Shown: positions 15,814 to 26,746 of the stretch, piece after piece
How the letters are laid out: each line of letters begins with the position of its first letter
How positions within the stretch are numbered: the stretch's first letter is position 1
Source: a virus
Lineage: Duplodnaviria > Caudoviricetes
IMG/VR virus record: IMGVR_UViG_3300033153_008579
Span: 1-43,452 of that record
Strand: one strand, 5' to 3'
DNA length: 43,452 nucleotides
The notes under the pieces: generated by a model
Seen by the model: only the letters and a program-made list of their open reading frames with translations
Told to the model about the DNA's origin: nothing
Databases searched by the model: none
Translations under genes and position numbers: made by a program

Positions 15814-18800
15814 TTATTCGTGGTAGATTTCCATTTCTAATCCTAAAATCCTTTGTGCTTTTTCACCTGGTGTCATCTCTCCAAAGGACTTTTTTAACTC
15901 AGGAAGTTCTTCTCCACCAAAGAAGTGCTTTATCTTTTGAATCACTGTTCTCTCTGCATATTTGAAGGTGTGACCATGATTTGCTTCATATCTTTCACTC
16001 AATTGTGACCTAACAGCTGTCCATAGTTTTGCACCAGCTTTGTTTTCTTGATTCTCATATGCAGAGACATATACATCAACCAAAGGCATATAAGGTTCAA
16101 TTACATTATTCGAAATAAGTTGTCCGATTTTATCAACAGCTTCTGGTGTGAATCCATGTTTCTCAATAATCTTCCCTGCTCTGTTTGTAAAGACATCATA
16201 CAATTTTATCCCTGTCTGAGCACCTATTGACAGAGGATTGTATCCATCAGTAAGCATATCAATTGATGAATAATCATCCTTGTATCTCTTTCCTCCGATG
16301 AAGTACAATGCTTCTTGCCCGACTCTCATCCCAACGTATAAGCCAAGAATTGCAGCTAAGCCTTGATAAAGCGTTCGTCCATCTTTTGTTCTCATTCCCC
16401 TTGCAAAGGTTTTCAATCCATTTCGATAAACAATATTTGCGATTCCTCTTGGAAATGTAATCAAACCTGTAAACACTTTACCAGCTCTTGATTGTTCAGT
16501 CAAAGAACGCCCTGCAAGGTCATAGACAAAGTGAGTATTTTCAGTTTTGAATCGTGCAAAGTAACGACAAAACTCTTTCAAATTTCCATCTTCAAGATAA
16601 CCAAGAAGTTTTTCTTGTTGTGGAATCTCAAGAGTATCAAATCTCAAGTCCAAACGTAGTTGAGATAGGTTTTTTCTTGCTTGATAATTCTGAAATGCAT
16701 CATAGCCCGATTGATGAAAAGTAGGCCATGATAACATCGCACGTCCGACTTCATCAGAAAGAGGAACAATAAACTTTCCTATCCAATCAGCAAGAAGTGT
16801 TGCTTCTAAACCAAATTTCTTCAGTTTCGTTTTGGCTTCTCCAGGAAGAAACTGTGCTCCCGTTTCTCTAAGCAGCATAAATTGTTCTTGATAAGCCCGC
16901 TTTTGAGATACATATTGGTGCTCTTCTTCAAGTGTTTGAGCCATTAAAGGATTTCGCTTAGGGGAAAATGCCTTTGCAGCAGAAACCGAAGCTCTCTTTG
17001 AAGATAATTGACTTGCAACAATTACAGGTTGTGCTGAGTTTCTTGTAAAAAAGTGAACAGCTTTTTTCACCTGAAGAGGAAAGAGTCTCCAGAATATCTG
17101 CGTAAGCCGTTCAGCAACTCTTGTGAAAATATCTGCTTCTTGATGCATACCCATGATATTATTTAGAGTCCTTTGCATCCGAACTCTGTCATTCGAAGAT
17201 GGTTCGATTCGCTCGAACATGTCATTAAAGGATTCAAAGGTCTCCTTCAAGTTGTTTCCAATCAGGGCTCGTCGTAAGTGATACATCAAAGCTTGAAGAA
17301 GGGGTCGCTGCATTGCTTCTGGAGCACCTCTTCTTGTTTCAAGAGCACGACTTGTTGGTTCATCAAGAGGCCGGATGTGTTCAAGACCCAATTTGAGTTC
17401 TGATGGAGCAAAGGGTTGTTCACTCAGGGGCTGAGTTATTGGTTCGCTCATGAAGAACTGTGCACGAGTTCCAAACGTCTGTGTTCTAATCCATTCACTC
17501 AAACGACCTTCTTGCTGAGCCTGTCTACCTTCAGAAAGAATTCGTGTCTCATCTTCTTTCTTGATATCTTTTGGTTTTAACTTCTTTGCTCTGTCCTCAA
17601 GAATCCTCTGACGAGACTGACTCTGTGCTTGGTTTGCTTTATCAACTGCTTGACTCCATCTCCACCACCTGTGCTCTCGTATTGCATGAGCCGCATCTCC
17701 TTGAAGAATATCTTGAGCAACTTCAAATAGAGCAATTTGTTTTGTTGTTAATTGGTCAATAAGCTCTTGTCGCTTAACAGGGTCTTCTTCAAACAAAGCC
17801 TTATTCAAAGTCGGGGTTTGAAGATTCTCATTGATAACCGCATAAAGAGAAATTCCTTTTTCCTCAAGCTTTGACAAGAGAATATCAATGGCACGATTCC
17901 CTCCTTCTATTTTTCCTTCCATCATAGAAAGCCAGGTATCAGAGAAAGGAAGTCCCGTTGATTGGTCAAGCTCAGACATGACGTGACGCATGTTAGAAAG
18001 CTCTGGAAGCTTCTTTGTTTCCTTCCATTCATAAGCACTAAGAGATTTCTTTTTTGCCTGTCTCTTTCTCATTTTATGAGCACGTTCTTGATAGTTCTTT
18101 ATTTGAAGGTCTCTTCTTTGCTTGTCTTGAGAGAGTCCTTTTTGCTCGATTGAATCAAGAACAGAGTTGACAATATTTGCTTGATTTCTTGAGGCCTTCC
18201 ACAACCTTCCCTGTTCTCTTGAGGATAGATTCAAGTCATCCATTCTTTGTTGAACATGAGGTTTAGGAGGCTCTAAGCCAAGAGACTCTGCCTGAAGCTC
18301 AGTTAGAGACGAGAGAGAGGGAGTTGCTTCAATAGGGATGTTATCCTCGTCATAAATTTTAAGCTTCTCTCTTTTCTTACCTGCGATTGCATCTGTTATC
18401 TCTTGCTCTCCTTCTGAGACAACAAGTCCTTTTAACTCTTGAACCTGTGGGTCTTCGAGTTGAAATTTGCTTGGTTCTTCTGTAACCTCTGCGGGGGGTT
18501 GATCAGAACTTTCTTCGAAGATTAATCGTGATAAGGATTCAAGAGATTCATCGGCTTGTTTTTGAAGATGCAAAGGAAGCTGAGGTCTGAAAAAACTTGC
18601 TTCTGAATCTAAGGCCTCTAATTTTTCAAGATCATGTTCTTGATAAGCTCTATCAACCTTAGAATCTAAGGTTTCAAAGAAGTATTCAGATTCGACAGAG
18701 GTTTCCTCCTCCATAATACGTGCAAGAGCTGCATCTTCTTTCACCATCTCACGTTCTATTCCTTGAAGGTCAAATTCCTTTTTCTCAAGTCTATCGAGAT

Positions 18801-19932
18801 TGCTTAAAAGATTCTGTGCATCCCTAACTCTCATATCTTTTCCAACAGCAACTCCAGCTCCTTCAAGTGCATCCAATTCACCTTTAGAAAGAAATTGCGT
18901 TGCAGAGACCGAACCCTTTTTAATGTTCCTTGTCATCTCTTTAGAAACAACAGGTTTTCCTTCTTTCAAAGAACCTCCAGCACTTTCAATCTTTGAAACT
19001 GATGGGATTGTTTTCTTTTCCCCGATAAAAGACTCTGCTTCAGCTGCTAAGAGCTTTGGAGGAGTAACTACAGAAGCAGTTGTGGGAGCAAAATCCTTTA
19101 AACCTTGAGCAAATGCCTTTAAGTCCTTTCCATAGGTTCGCATTACATTCTTCTTTGACATCCCCCCTTGAATTGCACGACCCGCTTCAGTCACACGTTT
19201 CATAACTCTTCTTGAAATGTTTTGCATGAACGGAAATTCTTTTCGAACAGCACTCACGTCCTTTGCAATTGCAATCTTTCCAAGAAGAGCATTAACACTT
19301 CCAAGCCCAAAACCAATTGAAGTTGAAACACCAAGTTCTTGCCATGAGATAGGTTCGTCTTTCGTAACTAATTCAGAGATTTGTTCAGCCAAATTGACAC
19401 CACCAATCTGACCTCCAACACCAACAACATTTCGTAGAAATTCTCTAATAGGAAGCTTTGCGACAGCAGGAGAAACGACCTTTCCTAATGTACTTAAACC
19501 TGCATGATATTTAAGAAGTTTTCCTGTTATCTCTGTTGCTCTTCCTTCATCTCCCTCAGGTTCATAACCTGTATATTTGTCAACCAATTCAGCAAAAGAG
19601 ATTACATCTTCATCATAGAGATGAGCAGCAATGTCAGGAACGGACAACCCAAATCCAGAGAACCCCTCAGCTATTACATGGGGAGCAATTTGAAAAGGCT
19701 TATGTTTGTACTCACCAAGCTTTTCTAAAATTGGTTGTTCAACAGGTTCACCTAATCCAGTTTCGTAAGGAAATAAACCTGTGTGTTCTGTAATTGGCTC
19801 TCGAATGTATTTCTCAAAAAGTCGAGAAGGAAGTGACGGTTCTTCACCTGCAATAAGTTGAAGAGGTTCTTCTCGACGAAGAGCATCTCTTCTCTTTTTT
19901 TCTTCTCTAACTTGTTCTATTGTAATTGGCAT
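15814..19932 (-). CDS. large internal virion / DNA ejection protein
   Basis: 1372 aa, helical-looking, last gene of the structural operon as in podoviruses; no catalytic motif recognised. Confidence 0.65.
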   Translation of the reverse strand: MPITIEQVREEKKRRDALRREEPLQLIAGEEPSLPSRLFEKYIREPITEHTGLFPYETGLGEPVEQPILEKLGEYKHKPFQIAPHVIAEGFSGFGLSVPDIAAHLYDEDVISFAELVDKYTGYEPEGDEGRATEITGKLLKYHAGLSTLGKVVSPAVAKLPIREFLRNVVGVGGQIGGVNLAEQISELVTKDEPISWQELGVSTSIGFGLGSVNALLGKIAIAKDVSAVRKEFPFMQNISRRVMKRVTEAGRAIQGGMSKKNVMRTYGKDLKAFAQGLKDFAPTTASVVTPPKLLAAEAESFIGEKKTIPSVSKIESAGGSLKEGKPVVSKEMTRNIKKGSVSATQFLSKGELDALEGAGVAVGKDMRVRDAQNLLSNLDRLEKKEFDLQGIEREMVKEDAALARIMEEETSVESEYFFETLDSKVDRAYQEHDLEKLEALDSEASFFRPQLPLHLQKQADESLESLSRLIFEESSDQPPAEVTEEPSKFQLEDPQVQELKGLVVSEGEQEITDAIAGKKREKLKIYDEDNIPIEATPSLSSLTELQAESLGLEPPKPHVQQRMDDLNLSSREQGRLWKASRNQANIVNSVLDSIEQKGLSQDKQRRDLQIKNYQERAHKMRKRQAKKKSLSAYEWKETKKLPELSNMRHVMSELDQSTGLPFSDTWLSMMEGKIEGGNRAIDILLSKLEEKGISLYAVINENLQTPTLNKALFEEDPVKRQELIDQLTTKQIALFEVAQDILQGDAAHAIREHRWWRWSQAVDKANQAQSQSRQRILEDRAKKLKPKDIKKEDETRILSEGRQAQQEGRLSEWIRTQTFGTRAQFFMSEPITQPLSEQPFAPSELKLGLEHIRPLDEPTSRALETRRGAPEAMQRPLLQALMYHLRRALIGNNLKETFESFNDMFERIEPSSNDRVRMQRTLNNIMGMHQEADIFTRVAERLTQIFWRLFPLQVKKAVHFFTRNSAQPVIVASQLSSKRASVSAAKAFSPKRNPLMAQTLEEEHQYVSQKRAYQEQFMLLRETGAQFLPGEAKTKLKKFGLEATLLADWIGKFIVPLSDEVGRAMLSWPTFHQSGYDAFQNYQARKNLSQLRLDLRFDTLEIPQQEKLLGYLEDGNLKEFCRYFARFKTENTHFVYDLAGRSLTEQSRAGKVFTGLITFPRGIANIVYRNGLKTFARGMRTKDGRTLYQGLAAILGLYVGMRVGQEALYFIGGKRYKDDYSSIDMLTDGYNPLSIGAQTGIKLYDVFTNRAGKIIEKHGFTPEAVDKIGQLISNNVIEPYMPLVDVYVSAYENQENKAGAKLWTAVRSQLSERYEANHGHTFKYAERTVIQKIKHFFGGEELPELKKSFGEMTPGEKAQRILGLEMEIYHE

Positions 19933-20948
19933 TATCTATTTCCAATAACAGCCTTTATTTGTTCATCAGTCAACTCACCAGGGTCATTTATATCCTGAAG
20001 GATTTGATTTGCAGCAAGAGGCTGACTCAAGTCCACCTCAGGTTTCGGTGGAATCAAAGAATGCATCCCCTTGTCCAAGAGGTATAAGGAGATGCCATAC
20101 CATGTATCAGGATTCTTCATCATCTCTTTTCCATCAGCCGAGTTCAAAAACGCCGCAATGTTCTTTGGAGTTACGTCTTTGATTGGTTCTTTTCCTCTCC
20201 ATGTAGAAGACTCAATCCTTGCCTTGCCCATTTTAGATGACTGTGGAAAATCCTTATCCATCACAACTTCATCCTGAAGGTCTCTTAACCCCTTAGTCAT
20301 TTCACTATTTTGTGCTAAAATTGTAAATTGATTCAATGTATTTCTTCGAGCTTGTTCTCCTTCAGCTTTCCAGGGACTTGTAGGACTATGAAGGTTCTTC
20401 GCACTTGCAATTGCTGCGTCATTTCGTGCAAGGTCTAATGCTCTTTGTCCACTCTTCGCAACACCTGTTTCAAATGTCTTTGATGAAGCTGTGACTTCCT
20501 GCATCGTTTTGGTCAGGTCATTAACCATAGAACTGACTGCTTGATATGTTTGATCATCAAGAACACCCTGCCCATCCTTAACTAATGCATTCGCAGTTGT
20601 TAAAAAATTTCCAATACTCTTGTTCCACATTTCAATTTGAGTACTCACTTGTCCCATTGGAGTAGCGGCAATGGCAGATTTTGTTTTTATCAAAACACTT
20701 TCAGCTTTCAGTTTTTGCACACTTGCCATCGCTTGTTGAGCCATCGCTTGCTTGTAAGATGCATCAGTATTCGCTTTCATCCTAAGAAGCTCAAGCTCTT
20801 GAAGGTCTTTTGCAGACATAGTCTTCTGCAAATCCCTTTGATGTTCAAACTCCTTCTTCTGAAGGTTCTTCTGCATTCCAAACTGCATCAATGGAACAAT
20901 CATTTGTTCTGCAAGGGATTTTTCTCTTGGTATAACCGTAACTGCCAT
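19932..20948 (-). CDS. putative ejection protein
   Basis: Gln/Ala/Met-rich coiled coil; synteny. Confidence 0.55.
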   Translation of the reverse strand: MAVTVIPREKSLAEQMIVPLMQFGMQKNLQKKEFEHQRDLQKTMSAKDLQELELLRMKANTDASYKQAMAQQAMASVQKLKAESVLIKTKSAIAATPMGQVSTQIEMWNKSIGNFLTTANALVKDGQGVLDDQTYQAVSSMVNDLTKTMQEVTASSKTFETGVAKSGQRALDLARNDAAIASAKNLHSPTSPWKAEGEQARRNTLNQFTILAQNSEMTKGLRDLQDEVVMDKDFPQSSKMGKARIESSTWRGKEPIKDVTPKNIAAFLNSADGKEMMKNPDTWYGISLYLLDKGMHSLIPPKPEVDLSQPLAANQILQDINDPGELTDEQIKAVIGNR

Positions 20949-20949
20949 T

Positions 20950-22173
20950 TTAAGCTCCTTTTATTTTATCATGAAGTTCGTTGATTGCATTTACAAGCAA
21001 ACCAATAACTGCATCATAACGAACAAACTTAATACCATTTATTTCTCGAACCGCATCAGGTAGAACCTCTTCAAGAGTTTGTGCCATGACTCCACCACTT
21101 CGGTTTCCTTCATCATCAAAAGTATAATTGTAAGTGTAACCTTTAAGATTGGCTACTCTGTCAAGGGCATTTGGTATCATCTCAATATTTTCTTTGAGTC
21201 TTACATCTGATGCTGCCATCAATGCAGTCATTCCTGCTTGCATTGCAATTTGTTCCCAACCACCACCACTCCCACCTGGAGTCCCACCGGTAGGAGCGGA
21301 ACCACCTCCACCAAACATACCACCAATATTACCAATAAGACTCATAATCCCTTCTGAACCTGCATCAGAACCCATAAACGAAGATAATCCTAATCCAAGA
21401 AAATCACCAAACCCACCACCTTGTGGTTGAGCAATCGTATCAATCCTTCCTTGTCCACCAACTCCTGCAGCTCGCATAGCTAATTGATACCATGGACTTG
21501 ATTCAGGAGTCATTCTCATAAACCTTTGATAGGCATCAAGAAGCTCTGCTTGATTTTGTTGTTGAATCGTTTGTGCCACAGCAAGGTCTTGTTGAAATTC
21601 CATTAATCCAAGATTAGATGCCATCTGCATCGCACCAGTCTGTCTTGTCGCAGCATTTTCTCTTGATTGTGCTTCCATTTGCATCCCAGCCATTTGTGCA
21701 GAAGCAAGAACGGGTGTCAAGGATGACATCAAATCAACTGCCCCCTCTGTCACTGCACCTTCAGCTCTTGTAGAATACAAGTTACTTGCATATCGTTCTC
21801 TGATATCCGAAGCAATGTTCTTATTGAACTCTTGCATCGCAGGGTCAACAAATCCCTCTTGCCACAGGTCAGCAACCTTTTGATAGTCATGTACATAAGC
21901 AGGTTCTCCACCGAGTTGTTTGGTTAGAACACCCGAAATCTGATCAGAAAATTCACCTCTTGAACCAAAATACCTATCGATCGCCTCTTGAAACTCTGGA
22001 GGCATCCCAGCAAAAGTCTCTCCAGGATATGGAGTTGCCAGGCCTCCAACGTGAGGAGTGAGCTGTTCAATTACCTTTCGTAAAAGCTCATCTTGTTCGG
22101 GCATGAATTTGGAGACGGACGTCGTCGAGGGACCATCATCGCCTCCATCGAAAATACCACTGAGAAAACCCAT
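20950..22173 (-). CDS. putative ejection/pilot protein with C-terminal peptidase S74 chaperone domain
   Basis: MGFLSGIF N-terminus, Gly-rich amphipathic region, SDVRLKENI..GVMAQ..VRYDAVIGLLVNAINEL. Confidence 0.8.
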   Translation of the reverse strand: MGFLSGIFDGGDDGPSTTSVSKFMPEQDELLRKVIEQLTPHVGGLATPYPGETFAGMPPEFQEAIDRYFGSRGEFSDQISGVLTKQLGGEPAYVHDYQKVADLWQEGFVDPAMQEFNKNIASDIRERYASNLYSTRAEGAVTEGAVDLMSSLTPVLASAQMAGMQMEAQSRENAATRQTGAMQMASNLGLMEFQQDLAVAQTIQQQNQAELLDAYQRFMRMTPESSPWYQLAMRAAGVGGQGRIDTIAQPQGGGFGDFLGLGLSSFMGSDAGSEGIMSLIGNIGGMFGGGGSAPTGGTPGGSGGGWEQIAMQAGMTALMAASDVRLKENIEMIPNALDRVANLKGYTYNYTFDDEGNRSGGVMAQTLEEVLPDAVREINGIKFVRYDAVIGLLVNAINELHDKIKGA

Positions 22174-22197
22174 AAGAAGATTCCTTAAAAAGAAAAC

Positions 22198-22527
22198 TTA
22201 CCATCCAGCCCCACCACTGTAATCAAAGAGTGTTCCATATTTCGTTGTTCCATCAACATTCGTTCCTATCATCACATCTCCATCATCACCCTTTCCTGTC
22301 CCATCAGACAACCAAATAACCGATTGACCAGGTTTCGGTTCCGTTGGGTCTTTTGATCCTTCAAGGAAATAAATCACACCACCAATATCCAAATCACCTT
22401 GAACACGAGATGTCTCTGCAAGGATTGTTTGAATAACACCAAAGACCTCTCGAAGAAAATCTTTTTGGTCTTCATCAAAAATATCAGGAACCTTTGGAAA
22501 AGCAATTACATGTCGAACATTATCCAC
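22198..22527 (-). CDS. hypothetical virion protein
   Basis: 109 aa, GTG start, follows the nozzle gene. Confidence 0.65.
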   Translation of the reverse strand: MDNVRHVIAFPKVPDIFDEDQKDFLREVFGVIQTILAETSRVQGDLDIGGVIYFLEGSKDPTEPKPGQSVIWLSDGTGKGDDGDVMIGTNVDGTTKYGTLFDYSGGAGW

Positions 22528-22528
22528 A

Positions 22529-24661
22529 CTAACTCCTTATTGTTTCCTTCATAACCTTTGTTGAGAGACTTCTTAATTGAAAATCTCCATCTGAGTCTTG
22601 AGTAAACTTGAATCGAATCCTTCTTGCCTTCACATCTAATTCTAACTGATGCTCTGTCCAAGCAGTATTGAGAGTAAGAGGGCTGTCAGGAAGAGCTGTC
22701 CATGTTGACCCAAAGTCTGTTGAGTAAACAATGGCAACAGTGCTATCACTTTGACTGATTGAGTCCTCACAACAAGCACTGAATCCAAATTGCGTCCATC
22801 GTCCAAAGAATTCCTCAGACCCAGGTGTAACTGTATAATCAGGTGTCTCAACAATACACTCTATGTCTTGGTCGTCATGTTGACCACCAGCTTCATCAAG
22901 CTTCATAACATAACCATCATCTGAGATAAAAAGAGCTATTGGATAACCACTTTGTAGATAAGCTTCATTACATCTCAAATTTGGATACTCATCACATGTG
23001 TGTGCAGATTCTCCAGGAGGATTGAAATATGGCCCATTGCATGTGTATAAAACAGCATTTTCATAAACACTGAAATCTCGTACCGAATGATAAAAACGTC
23101 CCTCTTCAACAGAAACAGGATTCTCTTTCAAATTCAAAGCAAAATAAGCTTTTGCTGTTGAGTCAGCTGGGTCATTTGTTCTATCTGGATAAAAGCAATA
23201 AAGCTTGTGTTTTCCCTCATCATATGCAAACACAACCTTTTCTTTGTTCGCAACTGCTAATCGACTGAAGAAGTTTTCCTCAAAGAGATTTCCTATTGGA
23301 ATGAGTTCTGAGCCACCAACATAAGCATAAAACTTTTGGTCACTTCCTAAGAAGAAATGTCGAAGGGCAGAATTCCAAAGAGCCTTTTCCGAAAACAACC
23401 CAGCTTCTTGAATAAGAGTATCAAAGAGAAAGATTGCATTTCCACCCACATGAGCCTGAAGAGTAATACTCTTGTCGCTGTATATAACAATGAATTTCTT
23501 AAATGGCTTTGCTCTTACAATGTTTCCGATTGAAGATGTAAGAACTGTCTCTCCCTCTGTGCCTGCAGCGAAGTCATCTGCATCTCCTATATTTGCCCAT
23601 CTTGCGTTTCTCTTATAATAAGTCGTGCTAATGTAATAACTATAAAGAAAGAGATGGTTGTAATGAAAACCTAATTCAGTTACATTATTAAAATCTGCAA
23701 TAATACTTGTTGTAATCAATTCCCTGAATGTCGTAGCAGCTCCATCCCAACAAACAGGAAGGTCAACTCCGTTGGATAAACAAAGAGCCGTTCCATGAGC
23801 CCAAGTCAGTGGATGAGCCGCATCGTTTGCAACGACATGACTCCATCTTGTTGATGTTTCTGTAAAGGCAAAACGTGCCCAGATGTCATCGATATAAAAC
23901 GTCTCACTTGTCATTGCTGAACCAGAGGTATTCACCAAACCCAATGACTTCACAGCAGAGAGTGTCGTCTGAGATGTTGTGACCTCAATAAATGTCCAAG
24001 TATTTGCAGAGACATCAGCATCCAAAGCAATATCAACATAAACACCACCCGTTCCTGCATCTGATGCATCTGAGATTCGAAGTGCCAAGTCTCCAGAGGT
24101 CAAGGCATTGGTTGTTCTAATCCAAAAGGAAATAGAATTCAAGTCAACACTTCTATCTCCATTCGCGTCTGTTAAATCCAAAACAGGATCAATATCCGAT
24201 GTAACTGCAATTAGACCATCATCTGCTACACCATCTCCACCTGAGATTACAAACTTTTGAGATTTAGAACCTTGTTTGTAATACGTGATATCATCAGAAA
24301 CAGTAACATCCCCATCTCCATTATTATCCCAATCATCTTCACAGTCATGGAGTTGAATCCCATCGTTTCTTATTTCCCATTCATCAACGTCTCCATCATA
24401 CTCATAGAGAAATCGACTTGTACAAGCAATTTGATGAACAGTCCCTGCTCCGTCAGTAAACTCAAGCAACTCCATTCCTGTTCCAAGCAAAGGAAGGTTT
24501 GCACCAACCTTTGAATACCCTTGAAATTTTCTGAGCTTAGATGGAGAACAAACCATGTTCTTCAATCTTGGAGAATAGAGTGGGTTCAGAAGAACCTCTT
24601 CAGTTCTCTTGTCAACTCCATTTACAGGCGGAGGATGTACTCTTAGTTCATAATTAGACAT
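22529..24661 (-). CDS. tail nozzle / stabilisation protein (P22 gp10 / T7 gp12-like)
   Basis: 710 aa, beta-rich; position downstream of the adaptor; C-terminal YSTDFGSTW..ARRIRFKF. Confidence 0.7.
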   Translation of the reverse strand: MSNYELRVHPPPVNGVDKRTEEVLLNPLYSPRLKNMVCSPSKLRKFQGYSKVGANLPLLGTGMELLEFTDGAGTVHQIACTSRFLYEYDGDVDEWEIRNDGIQLHDCEDDWDNNGDGDVTVSDDITYYKQGSKSQKFVISGGDGVADDGLIAVTSDIDPVLDLTDANGDRSVDLNSISFWIRTTNALTSGDLALRISDASDAGTGGVYVDIALDADVSANTWTFIEVTTSQTTLSAVKSLGLVNTSGSAMTSETFYIDDIWARFAFTETSTRWSHVVANDAAHPLTWAHGTALCLSNGVDLPVCWDGAATTFRELITTSIIADFNNVTELGFHYNHLFLYSYYISTTYYKRNARWANIGDADDFAAGTEGETVLTSSIGNIVRAKPFKKFIVIYSDKSITLQAHVGGNAIFLFDTLIQEAGLFSEKALWNSALRHFFLGSDQKFYAYVGGSELIPIGNLFEENFFSRLAVANKEKVVFAYDEGKHKLYCFYPDRTNDPADSTAKAYFALNLKENPVSVEEGRFYHSVRDFSVYENAVLYTCNGPYFNPPGESAHTCDEYPNLRCNEAYLQSGYPIALFISDDGYVMKLDEAGGQHDDQDIECIVETPDYTVTPGSEEFFGRWTQFGFSACCEDSISQSDSTVAIVYSTDFGSTWTALPDSPLTLNTAWTEHQLELDVKARRIRFKFTQDSDGDFQLRSLSTKVMKETIRS

Positions 24662-24662
24662 A

Positions 24663-25646
24663 TCAATGTCCTATTGCAATCCAATAAAAATCATACTCAG
24701 CGTCCATTCCATTCTCAGCAGTGAAGCCTGTTGCACTCACTGTATGCACTCCATGCACACCTGCAACAGTAGCAAGCGTTCCCTGTTTGAGTGTCATCAC
24801 CACGGAAATGGCAGCAGTTGGAAAAGCCGCTTCAAAGGTAACTCCAGTTGTGCTGTTTGCAGCAACTGTTACTTCTCCCATCTTTACAATCAAACCGCTT
24901 CCATCAACATGCGACTCTCCACCAGAATAAGCAGGATGGTCTGCGTCAATGTAAGCTTTAATACTTTGTTGAGTGCACAGTTTCACAGCTGAGTCAGAGG
25001 CCATACTATCCTCATCAAGAACACAAACAGAGCCGTTTGTTGCATCAACATAAGCTTCTATTGTTCCATCTGCATGTAACTCAATCGCAATTTTGCTTGG
25101 AGCGTCGTCATCGTCTCCATCATTTAACAAAAGTCTACACTTACCTTTTTGGTCATCAGAGGCTCCATCATGTGAAAATTCGAGCCATCCAAGCGTAGAA
25201 CGTTCACCTCCACTTTGCTCTCCATAAGCAATGATACGAGACTCTCGACCACCATCTCCATCTTCTTCAACCATATTATGAAGAATCAAAGTAACAGAAG
25301 CTGCATCTGTAATATAACTCCCAAGAGTTTCAAAGGCCGAACCATCCCATCTTTTCAAGACAGGTGGGTCAAAGTTGTCATCTAACCACAACCTTCCTCT
25401 ATCAATAGCATTATTCGCAAGAGCAGTTGCAGCATCAGGACGGTTCGTTGGAGTCGATGTACCTTCATAACAAACTGCTGAGCCATTCAAATGCTCACCT
25501 CCAGAAACCGTCCCTGAAGATTCTGAAACATCAGCATGCTCTCGCTCAATGACAACTTCCAATGTATCTCTTGTATCTCTCATATGTCCTGGAATAGATG
25601 CAACAGTTGCATCATCCGCAGGAACAGATAAACTCCAATCAGCCAT
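24663..25646 (-). CDS. short tail fibre protein
   Basis: DEDSMASDSAVKLCTQQSIKAYID fibre motif; C-terminal GLIVKMG..VTFEAAFPT..FYWIAIGH (gp53-like tip). Confidence 0.75.
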   Translation of the reverse strand: MADWSLSVPADDATVASIPGHMRDTRDTLEVVIEREHADVSESSGTVSGGEHLNGSAVCYEGTSTPTNRPDAATALANNAIDRGRLWLDDNFDPPVLKRWDGSAFETLGSYITDAASVTLILHNMVEEDGDGGRESRIIAYGEQSGGERSTLGWLEFSHDGASDDQKGKCRLLLNDGDDDDAPSKIAIELHADGTIEAYVDATNGSVCVLDEDSMASDSAVKLCTQQSIKAYIDADHPAYSGGESHVDGSGLIVKMGEVTVAANSTTGVTFEAAFPTAAISVVMTLKQGTLATVAGVHGVHTVSATGFTAENGMDAEYDFYWIAIGH

Positions 25647-25661
25647 AAAATCACCTCATTA

Positions 25662-26372
25662 TTAAAACCACTGAGCTCCGCTTAGATTAGAAAAATCACC
25701 TTCAAAACCACTTCCAATCACAGTTGAAACACCTGGTTGAACTCGATTCGCCATTGGACTTTCTATGTCATAATTCAAGGCTGGGTCGCGGGTGTCTGCA
25801 TTAACAGCATCCCTAAACGCACCTTTTGCCTGATTCAACCAAAAGATGAAATTCTCTTTATCCTCAAGGCTCAAGAAAACATGAGCCGTGACATAATATT
25901 CAACGAATAAGTCAAGAATATCAATAGGACATTCTGTTGAGTCACTTGCAAAAGTAGGAATTATAGATACTCGAAACCGTGCAGATAGATTGGCTTCTGC
26001 AGGTCTGTCAAGAATCAGATTTGTCCCAAACCTCAAGCCATAAATAGGCCAACCCTTCATGTTATCCTCAGGAGTAATTATGAATTTATCCCACCAGGGT
26101 TGAGGTTTTAGAGTCAAAAGAGCTGAGGCATCTGTAACAGTATTTACAATCCTCACAGTAATAATCTCTCTTGTTCCACTTGGTAAGGCACAAGAATTTG
26201 CGTCTTCTGTAATAGTAACATCTGTTGGTGTAGAGCGTGAGTCCTCAAAAGTATGCTTGAGACATGCATGCTTCAAAGCACTATCACAAAGAGAACTCTC
26301 TAAGGTATCTTTGTCAGATTTACCTGTATGACTTATAACAAGTGTTTTTATTTGTGCTCTTGTTCTTGCCAT
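25662..26372 (-). CDS. head-tail adaptor protein
   Basis: MARTRAQIK..GWPIY..LILDRPA pattern, size and synteny. Confidence 0.65.
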   Translation of the reverse strand: MARTRAQIKTLVISHTGKSDKDTLESSLCDSALKHACLKHTFEDSRSTPTDVTITEDANSCALPSGTREIITVRIVNTVTDASALLTLKPQPWWDKFIITPEDNMKGWPIYGLRFGTNLILDRPAEANLSARFRVSIIPTFASDSTECPIDILDLFVEYYVTAHVFLSLEDKENFIFWLNQAKGAFRDAVNADTRDPALNYDIESPMANRVQPGVSTVIGSGFEGDFSNLSGAQWF

Positions 26373-26382
26373 ATTAACACTC

Positions 26383-26736
26383 CTATGATTGAGTGAAGCC
26401 TTCAGCCATTGCCATTATTTGCCCTGCTGAACAATACACCTTAAGGTCTTCTCCTATTGGAAGTTTGATTGGATTATTAAACTTAAAACAATACAAATAA
26501 CCAGCTGCAGTGTCAATAGGCCCAATCAATTCTGTAGCCTCTGATCGAAATGAAACGTCTGTCTCAGCTGCCAATGTATTTAACCAAAGTTGCTCAATAC
26601 AAAGAACCTGAGTTGCTGAGGCTGCTTTAAGAATGAGCCCCCCACTTGCATCCGCTGAGTCCAATGAGGCAATGAAAGGAGTTCTGTTCGCAATTGCTAC
26701 GTTTGCAGGTGTAATTGTTTTATCAACTTGTGCCAT
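26383..26736 (-). CDS. hypothetical virion protein
   Basis: 117 aa, beta-rich, GGAGA RBS. Confidence 0.7.
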   Translation of the reverse strand: MAQVDKTITPANVAIANRTPFIASLDSADASGGLILKAASATQVLCIEQLWLNTLAAETDVSFRSEATELIGPIDTAAGYLYCFKFNNPIKLPIGEDLKVYCSAGQIMAMAEGFTQS

Positions 26737-26746
26737 TGTCCATCTC

